Assembly: GCA_050950145.1 (NCBI GenBank) | Contig: JBMNHB010000001.1 | Coordinates: forward strand, 300,458 to 364,457 | DNA from: Candidatus Dojkabacteria bacterium | GTDB lineage: Bacteria; Patescibacteriota; Dojkabacteria; SC72 | Direction of reading: 5' to 3' | Length of the DNA stretch: 64,000 nt | Position numbers and translations under genes: made by a program | Notes under the pieces: generated by a model | The model's input: only the letters and a program-made list of their open reading frames with translations | Database searches by the model: none | Told to the model about the DNA's origin: nothing | Shown here: positions 28,468 through 38,651 of the stretch, in pieces | Position numbering within the stretch: the first letter of the stretch is position 1 | How the letters are laid out: each line of letters starts with the position of its first letter

Positions 28468-29688
28468 ATGTTAGTTTCTACAAGTGTTGACCCAGTAGCA
28501 AAAATTAAAGTTATTGGTGTTGGTGGTGGTGGTTGTAATGCGATTAATACTATGATTACTGATTATGATATTCAGGGTGTTGACTTTTTAGCATTTAATA
28601 CAGATGCACAATCACTTAAAAAATCTCAGGCTCCTATTACATTGCAGCTAGGTGAAGAGCTAACAAAAGGGTTAGGTGTAGGTGGTAATGCAGAACTTGG
28701 AGCAGAAGCAGCAGAAGAGAGTTTAGATCAGATACAGGAGTTAATAGATGGTGCTAATATGGTTTTTGTTACTGCAGGTATGGGTGGTGGAACAGGAACA
28801 GGTGCAGCTCCAATTGTTGCTGGAGTTGCTAGAAATATGGGAGCATTAACAGTAGCTGTTGTGACAAAGCCATTTGATTTTGAAGGTAACAAAAGGAAAG
28901 AAATAGCAGAAGAAGGAATAGCTAACTTAAGAGAAAAAGTAGATACTTTGATTGTAGTACCTAATCAGAGATTATTAGAGATAGTTAATGAAAGTGAAAA
29001 ACTATCATTCATAGATGCGATGAAAAAAGTTGACTCTGTTCTTGCTGAGGGTGTAAAGAGTATCTCTAGCTTGATTAGTGAAACAGGATATATCAATGCT
29101 GATTTCAATGATGCTAAAACTGTAATGAAAGACGCTGGTACTGCACTTATGGGTATCGGTAGGGCATCTGGAGAGAATAGGGCAGAAGATGCTGCCAGAG
29201 CAGCTACTACAAGCCCACTCTTAGATATGTCAATTGAGGGTGCTACAGGTGTACTTTACAATATCGTTGCTGCAGATCTTACTCTTGAAGAGGTAAGTCA
29301 AGTATCAGATCTAATTAAGGAAGCAGTTGATCCATCTGCAAATATTAAATTTGGAGCTCAAATTGATCCAGACGCAGGAGATGAACTTATCATCACTATA
29401 GTAGCAACAGGATTTGATGAATCAAAACAGATATATAGACAACCAAAGAATGAAGATTCTACATCCTCAATCTCTACACCTAGTAGTATAAGGACATTTG
29501 GGATGGATGATGCTACAGACTCAACTACTGAAAGTCCTACAGAAACACTAGATTCCTTTGATGATGAAAGGACAGAGGATGATGATATCTTAGAAGATAC
29601 AACATTTGATTTACCAACTACTGATAGTACACCAGAGATTCCGACAGATGATCCTCTAGATGTTCCAGCTTTTATGAGGAATAAGTAA
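28468..29688 (+). CDS. ftsZ: Cell division GTPase FtsZ
   Basis: 'GVGGGGCNAIN', 'FNTDAQSL', tubulin signature 'GMGGGTGTGAAP', acidic C-terminal tail. Confidence 0.95.
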   Translation: MLVSTSVDPVAKIKVIGVGGGGCNAINTMITDYDIQGVDFLAFNTDAQSLKKSQAPITLQLGEELTKGLGVGGNAELGAEAAEESLDQIQELIDGANMVFVTAGMGGGTGTGAAPIVAGVARNMGALTVAVVTKPFDFEGNKRKEIAEEGIANLREKVDTLIVVPNQRLLEIVNESEKLSFIDAMKKVDSVLAEGVKSISSLISETGYINADFNDAKTVMKDAGTALMGIGRASGENRAEDAARAATTSPLLDMSIEGATGVLYNIVAADLTLEEVSQVSDLIKEAVDPSANIKFGAQIDPDAGDELIITIVATGFDESKQIYRQPKNEDSTSSISTPSSIRTFGMDDATDSTTESPTETLDSFDDERTEDDDILEDTTFDLPTTDSTPEIPTDDPLDVPAFMRNK

Positions 29689-29717
29689 GGGGTAGATCTC
29701 TCTGTTACAATCTATGT

Positions 29718-31040
29718 ATGAATATTTTAAAGAACACTTCTTTTAAAACCAAACATTTTTCCTTCTTTCTCCTAATTCCGCTAATTCTTCTTTTAATTAT
29801 TGGAATAGTTACATTATATTCTACTTTAATTCTTCCAACAGGTGGATTAGATACAACAGATATATTTACAAAACAAATAATTTTTCTTGTAATAGGAATA
29901 CTCCTTTTCCTCTTACTAAGCTATTTAGATCTTTCATACCTAAAACATTGGCAAGTTCTGCTTATAATCTATGCAGTAACAATAATCTTACTAGTACTAA
30001 CACTACTCTTTGGTCCTGTTATTAAAAATGTAAAAAGATGGCTAATTATAGGTGGAATTCAGATACAACCATCAGAGATTGCAAAATTCACAGTCATAAT
30101 CGTAACCTCTGTAATATTCTCTATGAAAGAGAAATACAATGAGTGGATTCTTTTTCTACTATCCTTTCTTTTTCTTGTTCCAATCTTAGCTTTAATATAT
30201 CTGCAACCTAGTGGTAGTATGATGGTTCTTACTCTGGCTATTTGGTTCCTTTTAGTATTTATGGGTCTTAATAATCCAGTAAGAAACGCAGTTATACTAA
30301 CAATTCTTCTTTCAACAGTTGGTGCTTTCCTAATATCTTCAATCACAGGTAATAATCTATGGTTCTTGTTACTAATAGTTGCTGTTGTAGTTGGTATATT
30401 TGGTTTCTATGCAAAGAGTAATTGGAAACTTTTCATTATAATTTCATTTGTAGTAGCACTTCTCATTGGAGCTCTATCTTCTGTTACTTGGAGGAATCTT
30501 CTTAAGGATTATCAAAAACAAAGAATAGTTGCCTTTATTAATCCTGAAGGAACATCATCAGATAATCTTTTTAATGTTAATCAATCTAAGATAGCTATTG
30601 GTTCTGGAAGGATATTTGGTAAAGGTTTTGGTAATGGAACACAGAGTAAAAGAAACTTCTTACCAGAGTTTAGAACTGACTTTATCTTTGCTTCCTATGC
30701 AGAGGAATTTGGTTTAGTAGGTAGTCTTTTTCTAATGCTTTTGTATGGTTTAATAATTGCTTTTTGCTTTATGACAGCTGTTAATTGTACTGGAAATACA
30801 ATGTATTCTTTAATTAGTATGGGTGTTGGTATAAAGATGTTACTTGAGATATTTATTAATATTGGTACTAATACAGGTAGTATTCCAGCTACAGGTATTC
30901 CTCTTCCCCTTATGAGTGCAGGAGGAACGATTACAGTAATGACTTTGGTATGTTTAGGATTAGTGCATAATATTAGTTTAAAGAATAGTCAAAAACTTAG
31001 GACGAAGAAAGGCGATATTATTGACGTGTATGAGGATTAA
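29718..31040 (+). CDS. ftsW: SEDS-family peptidoglycan glycosyltransferase (FtsW/RodA)
   Basis: 10-TM protein with 'PEFRTDFIFASYAEEFG' and 'TGIPLPLMSAGGT' SEDS motifs. Confidence 0.85.
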   Translation: MNILKNTSFKTKHFSFFLLIPLILLLIIGIVTLYSTLILPTGGLDTTDIFTKQIIFLVIGILLFLLLSYLDLSYLKHWQVLLIIYAVTIILLVLTLLFGPVIKNVKRWLIIGGIQIQPSEIAKFTVIIVTSVIFSMKEKYNEWILFLLSFLFLVPILALIYLQPSGSMMVLTLAIWFLLVFMGLNNPVRNAVILTILLSTVGAFLISSITGNNLWFLLLIVAVVVGIFGFYAKSNWKLFIIISFVVALLIGALSSVTWRNLLKDYQKQRIVAFINPEGTSSDNLFNVNQSKIAIGSGRIFGKGFGNGTQSKRNFLPEFRTDFIFASYAEEFGLVGSLFLMLLYGLIIAFCFMTAVNCTGNTMYSLISMGVGIKMLLEIFINIGTNTGSIPATGIPLPLMSAGGTITVMTLVCLGLVHNISLKNSQKLRTKKGDIIDVYED

Positions 31041-31088
31041 TATCTAAAACATTGACTTTTTTACCTACATAACATAAAATCCATACCT

Positions 31089-31514
31089 ATGGCAGACAAA
31101 AAAGCTACAAAAACTACAAAAAAGACAACAACTAAGAAAGCTGTAAAATCAGCAGTTAAAAAATCTACTCCTAAAAAAGAAGTTAAAGTAGAAGCAAAGA
31201 AAAGTGATAAATTTGCTGTAATTGCAATCTCTGGAGTTCAATTAAAAGTATATAAAGGTAAGGAATATGAAGTAGAGAAATTAGAAGGTAAGAAAGGAGA
31301 TAAGATTGAAGTAAAAGAAGTCTTACTACTCTCTGATGGTAAGGATGTAAAAATCGGTAAACCATATGTAAAAGATGCAGTTGTTAAACTTGAAATTACA
31401 TCTCAGAAAAAAGGTGAGAAGATTGAAGGTTTTAAGTATGCAGCTAAGGCAAGACAGAGAACTAGGTATGGATATAGACCGAGTATTACGAAAGTAATAG
31501 TTAAGAGTATATAA
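31089..31514 (+). CDS. rplU: 50S ribosomal protein L21 with Lys-rich N-terminal extension
   Basis: 'FAVIAISGVQLKV', 'GKPYV', C-terminal 'KARQRTRYGYRPSIT'. Confidence 0.85.
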   Translation: MADKKATKTTKKTTTKKAVKSAVKKSTPKKEVKVEAKKSDKFAVIAISGVQLKVYKGKEYEVEKLEGKKGDKIEVKEVLLLSDGKDVKIGKPYVKDAVVKLEITSQKKGEKIEGFKYAAKARQRTRYGYRPSITKVIVKSI

Positions 31515-31519
31515 TTAAG

Positions 31520-32728
31520 ATGCCCAAACAATATTTCTTTGAAGCTGGAACATTCCCAGAACTATCATATACAGAACTTCTTGCAGTTCTAGAATCTTTT
31601 GGATTTAGTAAAGATGTAGTAACTAGATTCGGTTCTAGTATATTCTTGGTTAAAGATGAAAAGATTGATGAAACATTTGTTAAGAATATCTTTGATAGAC
31701 TAGGAGGTAGTGTAAGAGTAGGGGAGATAGTTGAAGATATTGATAACTTCTATACCACAACCAATCAAGAAGGAATTGATAGTCAGGAAGGTAGTAAGAA
31801 AGTAATATTTGGTATTAGCATACTAGGCAATTCTCATAAAGATGATAGTAGATTTCTTAAAAAGTTAGCAAACAGTATTAAAAAAGGATTAAAGGAATAT
31901 GGTATATCATCAAGATTTGTTCTTCCACAAGGAAGAGATAGTTCTCTAAACGCAGCACAAGTAATTAGGAATCAAATATTACAAAAAGGTTTTGAATTAA
32001 ATATTCTTAGACAAGGTAATGAAGAGATATATGGAAGAACAATTAAGATTCAAGATTTAGAGGGTTTTGTAAGAAGGGATATGAACAAACCTGAAACTGA
32101 TACAGAGATGGGTACATTACCACCTAAATTAGCAAGAATGATGGTTAATTTTACAGCACAAAACAGTGGAACTCTTTGGGATCCATTCTGTGGTTCAGGT
32201 ACTATACCTATGGAAGCTGCAATGCTGGGTTTTAACTTCTTAGCATCAGATATCAATCCTCAAGCAGTTAATGATACAGATGCAAATGTAAGGTGGTTAA
32301 GTAGTGAAGGATATATATCTGATACTCTTTATGAGACATTTAGGTTTGATGTTACAAAACCGGATAGTGAGATTGTAAAGAAACTAAAACATACTGATAT
32401 TACATCAATTGTATGCGAACCTTACATGGGTCCACCTCTAACAAGAATTATTTCTGAGCAGAAAGCAAATGAATTGTTGGAAGGTGTTAAGAAACTTTAC
32501 TTTAAGCTTTTTGATTTAATTGACAACAAAATGGAGAAGAGAGGAATTAAAGTTATAATCATTATTCCTTCATACAAAACAGATAGAGGATGGAAAACAT
32601 TTGGTATTAGAGAGTTAGTTGGCAAGAGGTGGATTGTAAAAAATAGTGAATATTCTAAAGAGGACTTGAAGTGGAACCGAAAAAATAGTATTATTACCCG
32701 GAACATTTACATACTAGAGAGATCTTAG
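31520..32728 (+). CDS. Putative RNA (m2G/m6A-type) methyltransferase, UPF0020 family
   Basis: SAM-binding 'LWDPFCGSGTIPMEAA', 'LASDIN' and a (D/N/E)PPY-like 'CEPYMGPP' motif. Inserted between rplU and rpmA. Confidence 0.55.
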   Translation: MPKQYFFEAGTFPELSYTELLAVLESFGFSKDVVTRFGSSIFLVKDEKIDETFVKNIFDRLGGSVRVGEIVEDIDNFYTTTNQEGIDSQEGSKKVIFGISILGNSHKDDSRFLKKLANSIKKGLKEYGISSRFVLPQGRDSSLNAAQVIRNQILQKGFELNILRQGNEEIYGRTIKIQDLEGFVRRDMNKPETDTEMGTLPPKLARMMVNFTAQNSGTLWDPFCGSGTIPMEAAMLGFNFLASDINPQAVNDTDANVRWLSSEGYISDTLYETFRFDVTKPDSEIVKKLKHTDITSIVCEPYMGPPLTRIISEQKANELLEGVKKLYFKLFDLIDNKMEKRGIKVIIIIPSYKTDRGWKTFGIRELVGKRWIVKNSEYSKEDLKWNRKNSIITRNIYILERS

Positions 32729-32758
32729 TATGAGTATATAACTTGATAAAAAGAGTAG

Positions 32759-33019
32759 ATGGCAAAAGTTGCAGCAGGAAGTACAACATCTAACTACGGT
32801 AAGGTAGCTGGTAAAAGGCTAGGTGTTAAAAAATTTGCAGGAGAGCAAGTAAAAGCTGGAAACGTTATTGTTAGACAGAGAGGTTCTGTATATCATCCAG
32901 GAGATAACACATACATGGGTAAGACCCATGCAATACATGCAAAAACAGATGGAGTAGTGCAGTTTAGAAAGATGAGTGGTTTTAAGAGGGGTAGATTTTT
33001 TGTTGACGTAATAGTATAG
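32759..33019 (+). CDS. rpmA: 50S ribosomal protein L27
   Basis: '[32 protein letters not shown]...[13 protein letters not shown]' matches L27. Confidence 0.85.
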   Translation: MAKVAAGSTTSNYGKVAGKRLGVKKFAGEQVKAGNVIVRQRGSVYHPGDNTYMGKTHAIHAKTDGVVQFRKMSGFKRGRFFVDVIV

Positions 33020-33029
33020 TCATATATCT

Positions 33030-33776
33030 ATGGCTAAATCCAAATTTATACAGATTGAAAGCAAAAATGCTCTTTTAGAGCTGTTAAGGGAAGGTAGGGA
33101 TTTTGAAACTATCTATGCAGTTAGTAGTGCGTTTAAAGATGAAAAAAGTAAGGAGATATATAGACTTGCAGGTCAGAAGAGAATTCCAATTATTAAGGTT
33201 TCAAGAAAAGCACTTCAGAGGAGACTGAGATCTTCATCTGCAGAGAGTATTGTTGGTATGATGTATTCTCAAAATGATTGGAGTCTTAGTGAATTACTAG
33301 ACACTATTTATGAGAAAGGTAAACAACCGTTTTTTCTTGTTTTAGATGATTTGAAATATACACAGAATATTGCTGCTATAATGAGAACAGCTTTTGCTGT
33401 TGGAGTAAATGGCATTATTGTTAATCCTCAGAAGAAAAGTATAATTACTCATGAGACAATTAGAATTTCAATGGGAGCAGCTGAGAGAGTCCCACTTGTA
33501 GAGATGAAGCTTTTTGAAGCTCTCAAGGTATTAAAGGAGAATGATATTAAGACATATGCAGTACATATGGAAGGAACAAATTACTATGAACAAGATCTTA
33601 GAGGTCCAATTGCATTTGTCTTAGGTGCTGAAGATGTTGGTATTTCAACAGGAATTCTGGAAAGAGTAGATGGTGCTGTATCTATTCCAATGAGAGAAGG
33701 TATTGGATCACTGAATGTTAGTTCTACAGCTGCAGTGTTAGTATATGAGAAGTTGAGGCAGGAAGTTAGTAAGTAA
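33030..33776 (+). CDS. TrmH/SpoU family RNA 2'-O-methyltransferase (RlmB-like)
   Basis: SPOUT motifs 'FLVLDDLKYTQNIAAIMRTA', 'FVLGAEDVGIS', 'VSIPMREGIGSLNVSSTAAVLVYE'. Confidence 0.8.
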   Translation: MAKSKFIQIESKNALLELLREGRDFETIYAVSSAFKDEKSKEIYRLAGQKRIPIIKVSRKALQRRLRSSSAESIVGMMYSQNDWSLSELLDTIYEKGKQPFFLVLDDLKYTQNIAAIMRTAFAVGVNGIIVNPQKKSIITHETIRISMGAAERVPLVEMKLFEALKVLKENDIKTYAVHMEGTNYYEQDLRGPIAFVLGAEDVGISTGILERVDGAVSIPMREGIGSLNVSSTAAVLVYEKLRQEVSK

Positions 33777-33779
33777 GTA

Positions 33780-34631
33780 TTACAACAATTTCTTCATTAA
33801 ATCATTTAACTCATCAATATTGTTGTATCTAATAATTACTTTTCCTCCTTTTGTCATCTTTCTAATATGTGCTGTATAACCCAATTTCTTACTTAACATA
33901 TCTGAATACTTACTTGTTTGTTCATCTGTAGTTCTCCAAACCTTTGTTGATGAACTCTTACCATACGATATCTTTCTAACTAGTTTTTCAACCTCTCTAA
34001 CACTCATACCTCTTTTTATTGCTAAATCAGCAGCAGCAATTAATGATGTTCTATCTTTAATACCCAGTAATGCTCTAGCATGACCCTCACTTAATCTACC
34101 ATTTAAAACATCTTCCTTAACAGGGTCTGGAAGATTAATTAATCTTATCTTGTTTGTAATTGTAACTCTGTTTAGACCAACCTTTTTTGCTATCTCCTCA
34201 TGAGACATACCAAATTCATCCTGCATCTGTTTATATGCTGCAGCTTCTTCAAGTGGATTAAGATCTTGTCTTTGAACATTCTCTACAATTGCAATCTCTA
34301 ACATCTCCTTTGGAGAACTATCCTTTATCACAACAGGTACCGTCTTAAGTCCTGCAAGTTGAGAAGCTCTTAATCTTCTCTCTCCTGCTATTAAATAGTA
34401 TTTATCCGAATCCTTCTTCTTTGTAATAATTAAAGGTTGAATAACGCCATGTTCTCTAATAGAATCAGCAATTTGAATTAACTCCTCTGGATCAATATGC
34501 ATTCTAGGTTGATATGGATTTGGTTCTATATTATCAATATTAAAATCAGGGATGTAAGAGCTAGTTGAATTATCAACCTGATTAGAACTAATGAGTGCTG
34601 CTAATCCTTTTCCTAATCTTTCATTCTGCAT
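33780..34631 (-). CDS. parB: Chromosome partitioning protein ParB
   Basis: 'GVIQPLII', 'YYLIAGERRLRASQLAGL' ParB-box motifs, HTH region. Confidence 0.9.
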   Translation of the reverse strand: MQNERLGKGLAALISSNQVDNSTSSYIPDFNIDNIEPNPYQPRMHIDPEELIQIADSIREHGVIQPLIITKKKDSDKYYLIAGERRLRASQLAGLKTVPVVIKDSSPKEMLEIAIVENVQRQDLNPLEEAAAYKQMQDEFGMSHEEIAKKVGLNRVTITNKIRLINLPDPVKEDVLNGRLSEGHARALLGIKDRTSLIAAADLAIKRGMSVREVEKLVRKISYGKSSSTKVWRTTDEQTSKYSDMLSKKLGYTAHIRKMTKGGKVIIRYNNIDELNDLMKKLL

Positions 34632-34648
34632 ATTATTTTTTACTTAAT

Positions 34649-35443
34649 TTAATCTTCAAAACGTTTAATAAATTCGTTTGCTAGTTTAGAGTAGGCCATT
34701 GCACCTGTTGACTTATCATCGTATTGGAATATTGTTTTACCATGTGATGGTGATTCTGATAGTCTTACATTTCTAGGTACAACAGACTCAAATGCAACAT
34801 CCTTAAAGAATTCTTTAACATCTTTTACAACACTCTCTGAAAGTTTTGTTCTACTATCATACATTGTTAAAACAACACCTCCAATTTTGAGAGAGGGATT
34901 AACACTCTTTATGAGTTTTGTGGTCTCTATGAGCTGTCCTAGGCCCTCTAGTGCGAAATATTCACACTGTATAGGGATGATTAACCTCTCTGCAGCTGTT
35001 AGCGCATTTATAGTCAGAAGACCTAATGATGGTGGACAGTCAATTAAGATATAGTCATATTTCTCTGTTATTTCCTCTAATTTATTCTTTAACAAAGTTT
35101 CTCTAGATATCATATTAACCATCTCAATTTCAGCTCCTGCTAAAGATAAGTGTGATGGGACTAAAAAAAGGTTAGGAGTAGATGTAGTAACAAATACCGA
35201 AGATATTGAATCTCCTCCCACTAAAACATCATAAATATTCTTGTACGGAGCTTGATCTGTAGAATTCCAACTCTGTTTATCAAATTGTTGGGTAAATCCA
35301 AGCCCAGAAGAGAGATTTGATTGTGGATCTAAGTCAACGACTAACACTTTTTTCTTCTTGTTTGCTAGTGCAGCTCCAAGATTCATGACTGTTGTAGTCT
35401 TTCCTACTCCTCCTTTTTGGTTTGCAATGACAAATGTTTTCAT
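34649..35443 (-). CDS. parA: Chromosome partitioning ATPase ParA/Soj
   Basis: Deviant Walker A 'ANQKGGVGKTTT'. Adjacent to parB. Confidence 0.9.
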   Translation of the reverse strand: MKTFVIANQKGGVGKTTTVMNLGAALANKKKKVLVVDLDPQSNLSSGLGFTQQFDKQSWNSTDQAPYKNIYDVLVGGDSISSVFVTTSTPNLFLVPSHLSLAGAEIEMVNMISRETLLKNKLEEITEKYDYILIDCPPSLGLLTINALTAAERLIIPIQCEYFALEGLGQLIETTKLIKSVNPSLKIGGVVLTMYDSRTKLSESVVKDVKEFFKDVAFESVVPRNVRLSESPSHGKTIFQYDDKSTGAMAYSKLANEFIKRFED

Positions 35444-35475
35444 ATTTTTAGCTTATCATGTTTCACACTAGATTT

Positions 35476-36084
35476 CTATATCCCATTATACACCTCGTGT
35501 TTAACCAATCTAAACTGGTTAAATGGGAAATATACAATCCAAGCTTTTCCCTTAATGTCTTTTTCATCTATAGGGCCAAAAACTCTGGAATCAGAACTAT
35601 GTGGTCTGTTATCTCCACATGCAAAATATCTCCCTTCTGGAACAGTAATCGTTTCGCCCTCTTTAAGATATTCACCACCATTTGTATATACACTACTACT
35701 TAAGTAGTGTGATTCGTCAAGCATGTTTCCATTAATATATAGCTTTCCATCTTTTAACATAACTGTTTCGCCAGGCAGACCGATGATTCGTTTGATGAAG
35801 TCTTGTGTTTCTGAATACTTAAAGATAATGACATCTCCTCTTTGTGGTTTTTTCATTTTGTATAATATTTTGTTTGCCATTAACATTTCCCCATTTTTGT
35901 ATGTTGGATCCATAGATCTTCCTACAACTTCATGAGGTGTCATAATAAAGAGATAAAGGACTACAGAGATAACCAATGCAACTACAACGGTTTCTAAAAA
36001 TGACATGATAAATTTACCAATAGATCCTAGTACAGAGGATATTTTCTCTGTTGGGGTTAATTCTTCTGGTTCTGAATCGTACAT
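35476..36084 (-). CDS. lepB: Signal peptidase I
   Basis: Catalytic 'VVGRSMDPTY' (Ser), 'YFACGDNRPHSSDSR' box E. Confidence 0.85.
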   Translation of the reverse strand: MYDSEPEELTPTEKISSVLGSIGKFIMSFLETVVVALVISVVLYLFIMTPHEVVGRSMDPTYKNGEMLMANKILYKMKKPQRGDVIIFKYSETQDFIKRIIGLPGETVMLKDGKLYINGNMLDESHYLSSSVYTNGGEYLKEGETITVPEGRYFACGDNRPHSSDSRVFGPIDEKDIKGKAWIVYFPFNQFRLVKHEVYNGI

Positions 36085-36154
36085 TTGTTGAGCAGATTAA
36101 ATAATAGTAATTACTAATATACAGTCTATTCAAATGACATTTCTTTGTCAATGA

Positions 36155-36841
36155 TTATCTATCATTTGTAATATCTCCACTCTCTTCTAATGATATTTTT
36201 TCTCCTAAGAAGGTTGGTTTTGGTTTAAAGATGATTTTAAAGAAATCTTTGTTTTGAGCAAATATCTCTCTTGTTAATCTAGCACTATGTCCTCCTAGAA
36301 TATTCTTAGTTGCATTAGCTCCAATTACGTCTAAATCTAGCCTTCTTCCAATATATATTGCTCTGTAAAGATGGTATTCTTGAGAGACAACTATTACTTT
36401 TTCTGCTTCAAATATATATCCTACCCTGTACATACTTTCATATGTTGAAAAACCTGCATGATCCATGAATATATCTTCTGAGGGTACACCTTTTTCAATA
36501 GCGTAATCTTTCATGATATTAACTTCATCGTAATACTCTCTTCCATGGTCACCACTCATTATAATCTTAGGTGCTATACCATTCTCATATAGATATATAC
36601 CTGTATCCAATCTTTCTTTTAGAATTGGGGAAGGGTAGTTACCTCTTACACCACTACCTAGAACTAATATTGCATCATATTCATCTTGATTATCCTGGAT
36701 TGTAATATTTTCTTGGTTATAGACATACTTTTCAGTTGATTTAGTTACATACAAACTTATGCAACCTACTAAAGTAGGAATTAAGAAGAGTATTGCAGCT
36801 AATGAAATGAGAACTTTATTTCTTTTGAAAAAGTCTTTCAT
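36155..36841 (-). CDS. DUF218 (SanA/YdcF/ElyC-like) membrane-anchored protein
   Basis: N-terminal TM. 'YDAILVLGSGV', 'IIMSGDHG' and 'KVIVVSQEYHLYRA' are typical of DUF218. Confidence 0.55.
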   Translation of the reverse strand: MKDFFKRNKVLISLAAILFLIPTLVGCISLYVTKSTEKYVYNQENITIQDNQDEYDAILVLGSGVRGNYPSPILKERLDTGIYLYENGIAPKIIMSGDHGREYYDEVNIMKDYAIEKGVPSEDIFMDHAGFSTYESMYRVGYIFEAEKVIVVSQEYHLYRAIYIGRRLDLDVIGANATKNILGGHSARLTREIFAQNKDFFKIIFKPKPTFLGEKISLEESGDITNDR

Positions 36842-36850
36842 AATATGATA

Positions 36851-36926
36851 TGGTACCGCTACGGGGAATCGAACCCCGGTTTACAGGATGAAAACCTGTT
36901 GTCCTAGACCACTAGACGATAGCGGC
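36851..36926 (-). tRNA. tRNA-Glu (anticodon TTC), CCA encoded
   Basis: Reverse complement GCCGCTATCGTCTAGTGGTCTAGGACAACAGGTTTTCATCCTGTAAACCGGGGTTCGATTCCCCGTAGCGGTACCA. Glu-type D-arm. Loop is TTTTCAT. Confidence 0.85.
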
Positions 36927-36969
36927 ATTACTCTAGAGATTCTACTATAATTAGATCTTTTTGTGAATA

Positions 36970-37209
36970 CTATACCTCTCCCTTTGCAATCATGCTTAGT
37001 ATTTGTTGTTCTTCTGCAAATGTAGCTCTTTTAAAAGCAGCTAGTTCTTTTTCATATACATATCTTCTTTTACATTTGCATTCAACCATTATCCTATTAT
37101 CAGATAGGTTACCTAACTTTTTAGCTTTAGTTAATGGTGCTGTACAACCAACACATAGTTTTCTTTCTAGTAGAACATTTTGAAATGGTCTTGCTATTCT
37201 TTTAAACAT
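36970..37209 (-). CDS. Hypothetical small Cys-rich (zinc-ribbon-like) protein
   Basis: 79-aa ORF with CxxC...CxC. Weak: a 63-aa antisense ORF covers the same span. Confidence 0.3.
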   Translation of the reverse strand: MFKRIARPFQNVLLERKLCVGCTAPLTKAKKLGNLSDNRIMVECKCKRRYVYEKELAAFKRATFAEEQQILSMIAKGEV

Positions 37210-37276
37210 ACTGGACTATTCTATCATATATTTGAACGAATTGGATAACCCATAGCGTTGTCTTCTCTTATATGTG

Positions 37277-37285
37277 TTGGTATAA
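37277..37285 (+). promoter_or_regulatory. Extended -10 promoter element TGGTATAAT (followed by AAGGAGG SD 8 nt before ATG 37353)
   Basis: Perfect TGnTATAAT match at 37277..37285. Canonical SD 'aaggagg' at 37338..37344. Confidence 0.35.
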
Positions 37286-37352
37286 TGTTGTTGTATATTC
37301 ACATTTGTGGATTACAGCTGTTTAAAAACTCATATTAACAAGGAGGTAATCA

Positions 37353-37739
37353 ATGTCTGAAGAATATAAAGAGAAGATAGTTGCAGAACTTAAGGAAGAA
37401 TTAAAACAACATCCAGTTAAGTTTGGTGAGTTTCGTTTGAAGTTAACTTTATCCTCACTTCGTTCTTATTTCTTTTTCCCACTTGAAACAGATTTTAATA
37501 TTAAGGAGATACGAAGATGTGGAAAAAACTGGGCTGTATTACTCCAAAGAAATTTAGAGAAAGGGCTAGAGTTTACCGATGCCTTATATGAATGTTGTGG
37601 TCTTGCTTGTGGTACGGAGTCTAGAAAACTCCTAGCTTATGCCTCTGTATTTCTGTACTTGTGTTGGAAGGGGCCGGTGTCTTCTTGGAAACTTGCAACT
37701 TTAACAATGGAACACTTTGGGGAAGGCTATCTAGATTGA
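37353..37739 (+). CDS. Hypothetical protein, compositionally atypical (Cys/Trp-rich, GC-richer 3' two-thirds)
   Basis: 128-codon ORF, long for this AT-rich background. Strong SD and extended -10 upstream. No recognisable domain. Confidence 0.4.
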   Translation: MSEEYKEKIVAELKEELKQHPVKFGEFRLKLTLSSLRSYFFFPLETDFNIKEIRRCGKNWAVLLQRNLEKGLEFTDALYECCGLACGTESRKLLAYASVFLYLCWKGPVSSWKLATLTMEHFGEGYLD

Positions 37740-37895
37740 AATATGAGTTTTTAATATAGGTACCATACAAGGTGAGATATGTATACAGCAATGTATATTT
37801 TAAATATCTCGTAAAACCTCAATATGGTGCTTTTTTCTTTTATCAGTGATATAATCTGATAGTTATATTATATTATTTGAATTAATAATTATAAT

Positions 37896-38651
37896 ATGGA
37901 ACCAACAGATGATTTAGTTTCTGAATCCACACCTCAGGAACAAGGATGCACACCTCTAAACAATAGAGTCATGGGAAATTTTGATCCTAGTTGTTCTTAT
38001 CTTTCGATATTAAAAAATAATAGAACAAATTATGATCCACCACCTGAAAATGGTGGGTTTTATACACTATTTCGACTAACAGAAAGTCAAAAACTTTTCA
38101 TGGCTAAATTAATGGGTATGCCAACGCTTGAAAAGAAACAGAAACCAGGAGAAACAGAGATTCCACTACTTAGCGATGCTATTTATTATGGATTAGATGA
38201 AACAAGTAAAACCTTAATTGAATATGAAAATGATAATCAAAAATTTTTACTTCGTTTAACTCCAGAAATAAATGAAACTTTGTTTTTTAAAGTGCAAAGA
38301 GATCATTTAGTAAATCTAATATCTGCAGGTTTAAGAATAGAGGAAAGGAATGGTTTAGATGAAGAGATAATGCCAACGAAATTATTACTTTCTGGTTATG
38401 AAGATGAGAAGACAATTGCAGAGAAAACTGAGAATTTGCATAATAATCAAAACGGAATTAGGGAAGGAATTTTAGAACTAATATTATTGACAAAAGACAC
38501 TAATTCTCCCTCTCAATTATGCTTAGGTTCTTGGATGACTATTACTTTACCAAAGAATCTTGATTTGGAGAAAAGAGCAGTTGTTAATTCCAGATTTATT
38601 GCGAAACTAGTTGTTAATGGTTTTAGAGTAAAAGAAATTTCAGATATCTAG
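37896..38651 (+). CDS. Hypothetical protein
   Basis: 251-aa ORF with protein-like composition and no recognisable motif. Ends 10 nt before tRNA-Leu. Confidence 0.45.
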   Translation: MEPTDDLVSESTPQEQGCTPLNNRVMGNFDPSCSYLSILKNNRTNYDPPPENGGFYTLFRLTESQKLFMAKLMGMPTLEKKQKPGETEIPLLSDAIYYGLDETSKTLIEYENDNQKFLLRLTPEINETLFFKVQRDHLVNLISAGLRIEERNGLDEEIMPTKLLLSGYEDEKTIAEKTENLHNNQNGIREGILELILLTKDTNSPSQLCLGSWMTITLPKNLDLEKRAVVNSRFIAKLVVNGFRVKEISDI

